The position numbers and the translations under genes were made by a program. Of a stretch of 48,845 nucleotides of DNA, positions 47,135-48,845 are shown one piece after another. Source of the stretch: Elusimicrobiota bacterium. Its GTDB lineage: Bacteria > Elusimicrobiota > Elusimicrobia > Elusimicrobiales > UBA9959. Each line of letters starts with the position of its first letter. The stretch's first letter is position 1. The notes under the pieces are model-generated. The model had not been told where the DNA came from. It searched no databases and saw nothing but the letters and a program-made list of their open reading frames with translations. The stretch covers positions 1 through 48,845 of the forward strand of contig DAIENX010000055.1 in NCBI GenBank assembly GCA_027340875.1, given 5' to 3'.

Positions 47135-47761
47135 TCAGATCTCGTGCCTGATTATGTTGATCTCTATGCGCCTGTTCTTGGCCCTGCCCTCGGGGGTGTC
47201 GTTGGTCTGTATCGGCTTGAACTCCCCGTAGCCCACGGCGGAGAGCTTCTCCGGCGCCACTCCCTCGTTAAGGAAGAAACGCAGCACGGAGAAAGCGCGG
47301 GCGGAGGAGAGCTCCCAGTTTGACTTGAACTTGGACGACTTGCCCAGCGGCCTGTTGTCGGTGTGCCCCTCTATCTGTATCGGGTTCGGCAGGTCCTTGA
47401 AGACCGCCGTAAGGCGGCGCAGGTGCGGATAGGAGGACTGCTTCAGCACATCGCTGCCCGGGGCGAAGAGTATCGGGTCGGCGAAATTGATGCTGATCTT
47501 GTTCGCGGAGATCTCGACCTGCGCTATCTGCTGTATGCCGTGCTTGGAGAAGAGGGTGTTGGCGATGTCGGTATCCTGGCCGAAGGTCTCCTCGACGCCC
47601 TTCATCGCCATCTGACTCCTGATGTCCTTCGAGCTGTAGAGCGCGAACATGATCAGGAAGAAGATCATCAGGTAGCTCATCATGTCGCCGTACGTGACGG
47701 CCCAGAGGGCTCCCCGGTTCAGCTCGTTCTCGAGCTCGTCCTCGCGTTCGTAGAAGCGCAT
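47135..47761 (-). CDS. motB: MotB-family stator subunit with OmpA-like peptidoglycan-binding domain
   Basis: WAVTYGDMMSYLMIFF (ion-binding Asp), IEGHTD, NWELSSARA, GYGEFKP, NRRIEI. Confidence 0.9.
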   Translation of the reverse strand: MRFYEREDELENELNRGALWAVTYGDMMSYLMIFFLIMFALYSSKDIRSQMAMKGVEETFGQDTDIANTLFSKHGIQQIAQVEISANKISINFADPILFAPGSDVLKQSSYPHLRRLTAVFKDLPNPIQIEGHTDNRPLGKSSKFKSNWELSSARAFSVLRFFLNEGVAPEKLSAVGYGEFKPIQTNDTPEGRAKNRRIEINIIRHEI

Positions 47762-47762
47762 A

Positions 47763-48536
47763 TCAGGCCTTCTGGGCCGCCTTGCCGGCGTCCCTGAGCT
47801 GGTAGCCGCGCAGGTGCATGTCTATCAGGTGGGGGGTCTTGCCCGCCATGATGTCTATCACGCCCTCGAGTATCAGCTGCAGCACCAGCGTCTCCTCCAT
47901 CGCGCGCAGGCGGATCTTGTTGGCCACGGGCACGAACAGGAGGTTGGACAGGCCGATGCCGAAGAAGGCGGAGCTGATGGCCACGGCCATCGAGCGGCCG
48001 ATGGTGGTGGGATCGGAGATATTGCTGAGCGTCTGGATGATGCCGAACAGCGTACCGATCAGGCCGAACATCGGCGAGAGCACGCCCGCGGTGCGGAAGA
48101 AGTTGGAGTCCTCCTGTATGTCGAGGCGGCGCAGGCGGATCTCCTCCTCCAGTATGGCCCGGGTCTCGCGCGACTCGGCGCTTATCATAGCCACGCCCAC
48201 GGCCCTCTTCAGGAAGCCGCCGGCGAAGGCCGGGTCCGGGTTGGAAATGGCCATTATGCCGCCCTGGCGCTGCGCGGTCTCGGCCATCCCCACCAGCATG
48301 CGTACCGCCTCGTCCACGGAGGGGGTCTTCGGGCTGGAAAAGATGTCCGCCAGCGCCTTGAGCCCGCCCATGAACCTCTTGGCTGAGGTATTGATTATCG
48401 TGGCGGCCAGGGTGCCGCCCAGCACGATGACGATGCCGTGGGTGTCCAACAGCTTGTCGCCGATGCCGGAAGAGAAGACGCCCCAGGCGACCACCGCCCC
48501 GCCTAGTATGAAACCGACCAAGGTCATTATGTCCAT
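47763..48536 (-). CDS. motA: MotA-family stator subunit
   Basis: MDIMTLVG.., IVLGGTLAA, SPMFGLIGTLFGII, IGRSMAVA..AFFG..SNLLFVPVANK, LEGV..I..G..P; directly upstream of motB. Confidence 0.88.
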   Translation of the reverse strand: MDIMTLVGFILGGAVVAWGVFSSGIGDKLLDTHGIVIVLGGTLAATIINTSAKRFMGGLKALADIFSSPKTPSVDEAVRMLVGMAETAQRQGGIMAISNPDPAFAGGFLKRAVGVAMISAESRETRAILEEEIRLRRLDIQEDSNFFRTAGVLSPMFGLIGTLFGIIQTLSNISDPTTIGRSMAVAISSAFFGIGLSNLLFVPVANKIRLRAMEETLVLQLILEGVIDIMAGKTPHLIDMHLRGYQLRDAGKAAQKA

Positions 48537-48623
48537 AGTTTCTCCAAAAACGCGCGCCTTTCCCGCGCCATATTATTCTACCGGGGCGATGTTACCGAAT
48601 TTTTACATATATATAATATAAAA

Positions 48624-48653
48624 TTGCACGGACTTTTTAGTTTTTGATACCAT
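48624..48653 (+). promoter_or_regulatory. sigma70 promoter upstream of the acyl-CoA dehydrogenase gene
   Basis: TTGCAC, 18 nt, TACCAT with TGn extension. Confidence 0.5.
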
Positions 48654-48711
48654 ATTAATGTGGAAAGTCCGGCGAAGACCCTTCCGGGCTTAAAAGGAGC
48701 GTTTAGGAAAA

Positions 48712-48845
48712 ATGGACTATTTACTCAACGAGTCTCAGGTGATGATACGGGACCTGGCGCGCAAGATAGCGCAGGAGAAGATCAAGCCCGTGGCGGCCCA
48801 GTATGACGAGAGCGAGGAATTCGCCTGGCCGATAATGAAGGTGCT
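48712..48845 (+). CDS. Acyl-CoA dehydrogenase, N-terminal fragment (runs off the window)
   Basis: MDYLLNESQVMIRDLARKIAQEKIKPVAAQYDESEEFAWPIMK, a typical Acyl-CoA_dh_N start. Confidence 0.85.
   Translation, partial: MDYLLNESQVMIRDLARKIAQEKIKPVAAQYDESEEFAWPIMKV

Noticed and set aside
47135..48536. motA/motB as Zorya ZorA/ZorB anti-phage system
   Set aside because: MotA is 257 aa with no long cytoplasmic tail, there are no zorC/D/E-like genes, and a FliG-like partner is nearby.
47135..48536. ExbB/ExbD or TolQ/TolR pair
   Set aside because: The B subunit has the MotB WxxTYxD motif and an OmpA-like peptidoglycan-binding domain; no TonB/TolA nearby.
48661..48691. RNase P RNA start (GGAAAGTCCGG)
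   Set aside because: Only a short leader hairpin; a CDS starts at 48712, leaving no room for the RNA.

Overview
High-GC bacterial chromosome segment. It is probably Elusimicrobiota-like, an inference from the style of the secreted Ser/Thr/Gly-rich proteins and TPNGDG C-terminal domains. The left 31 kb is housekeeping: tRNA-Lys, tRNA-Leu, tig-clpP-lon (no clpX); a TPR-SpoIID/LytB protein with two glycosyltransferases; yceD-rpmF-plsX-fabG-acpP-rnc; a 14-gene nuoA-N operon with an in-frame TAA in nuoH; a dif-like site where gene orientation flips; and an FMN-riboswitch-controlled ribBA-ribH-ribD-ribE operon. The right 18 kb is the unusual part. It holds a fibre-like adhesin, two proteins with T9SS type-B-like C-terminal domains, and a PorV/PorP-like barrel-TPR protein. 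Next comes a natural FliF(ring)-FliG(M+C) fusion coupled to a His-less coiled-coil HATPase, facing a motA-motB-sensor kinase-three response regulator cluster. No other flagellar gene is in the window. The best candidate for a novel system is this non-flagellar minimal rotor/stator motor embedded in two-component signalling, possibly linked to T9SS-like surface display. Also notable are repeated leaderless-type promoters and a candidate ~215-nt structured RNA. All assignments are by-eye motif recognition; no searches were run.
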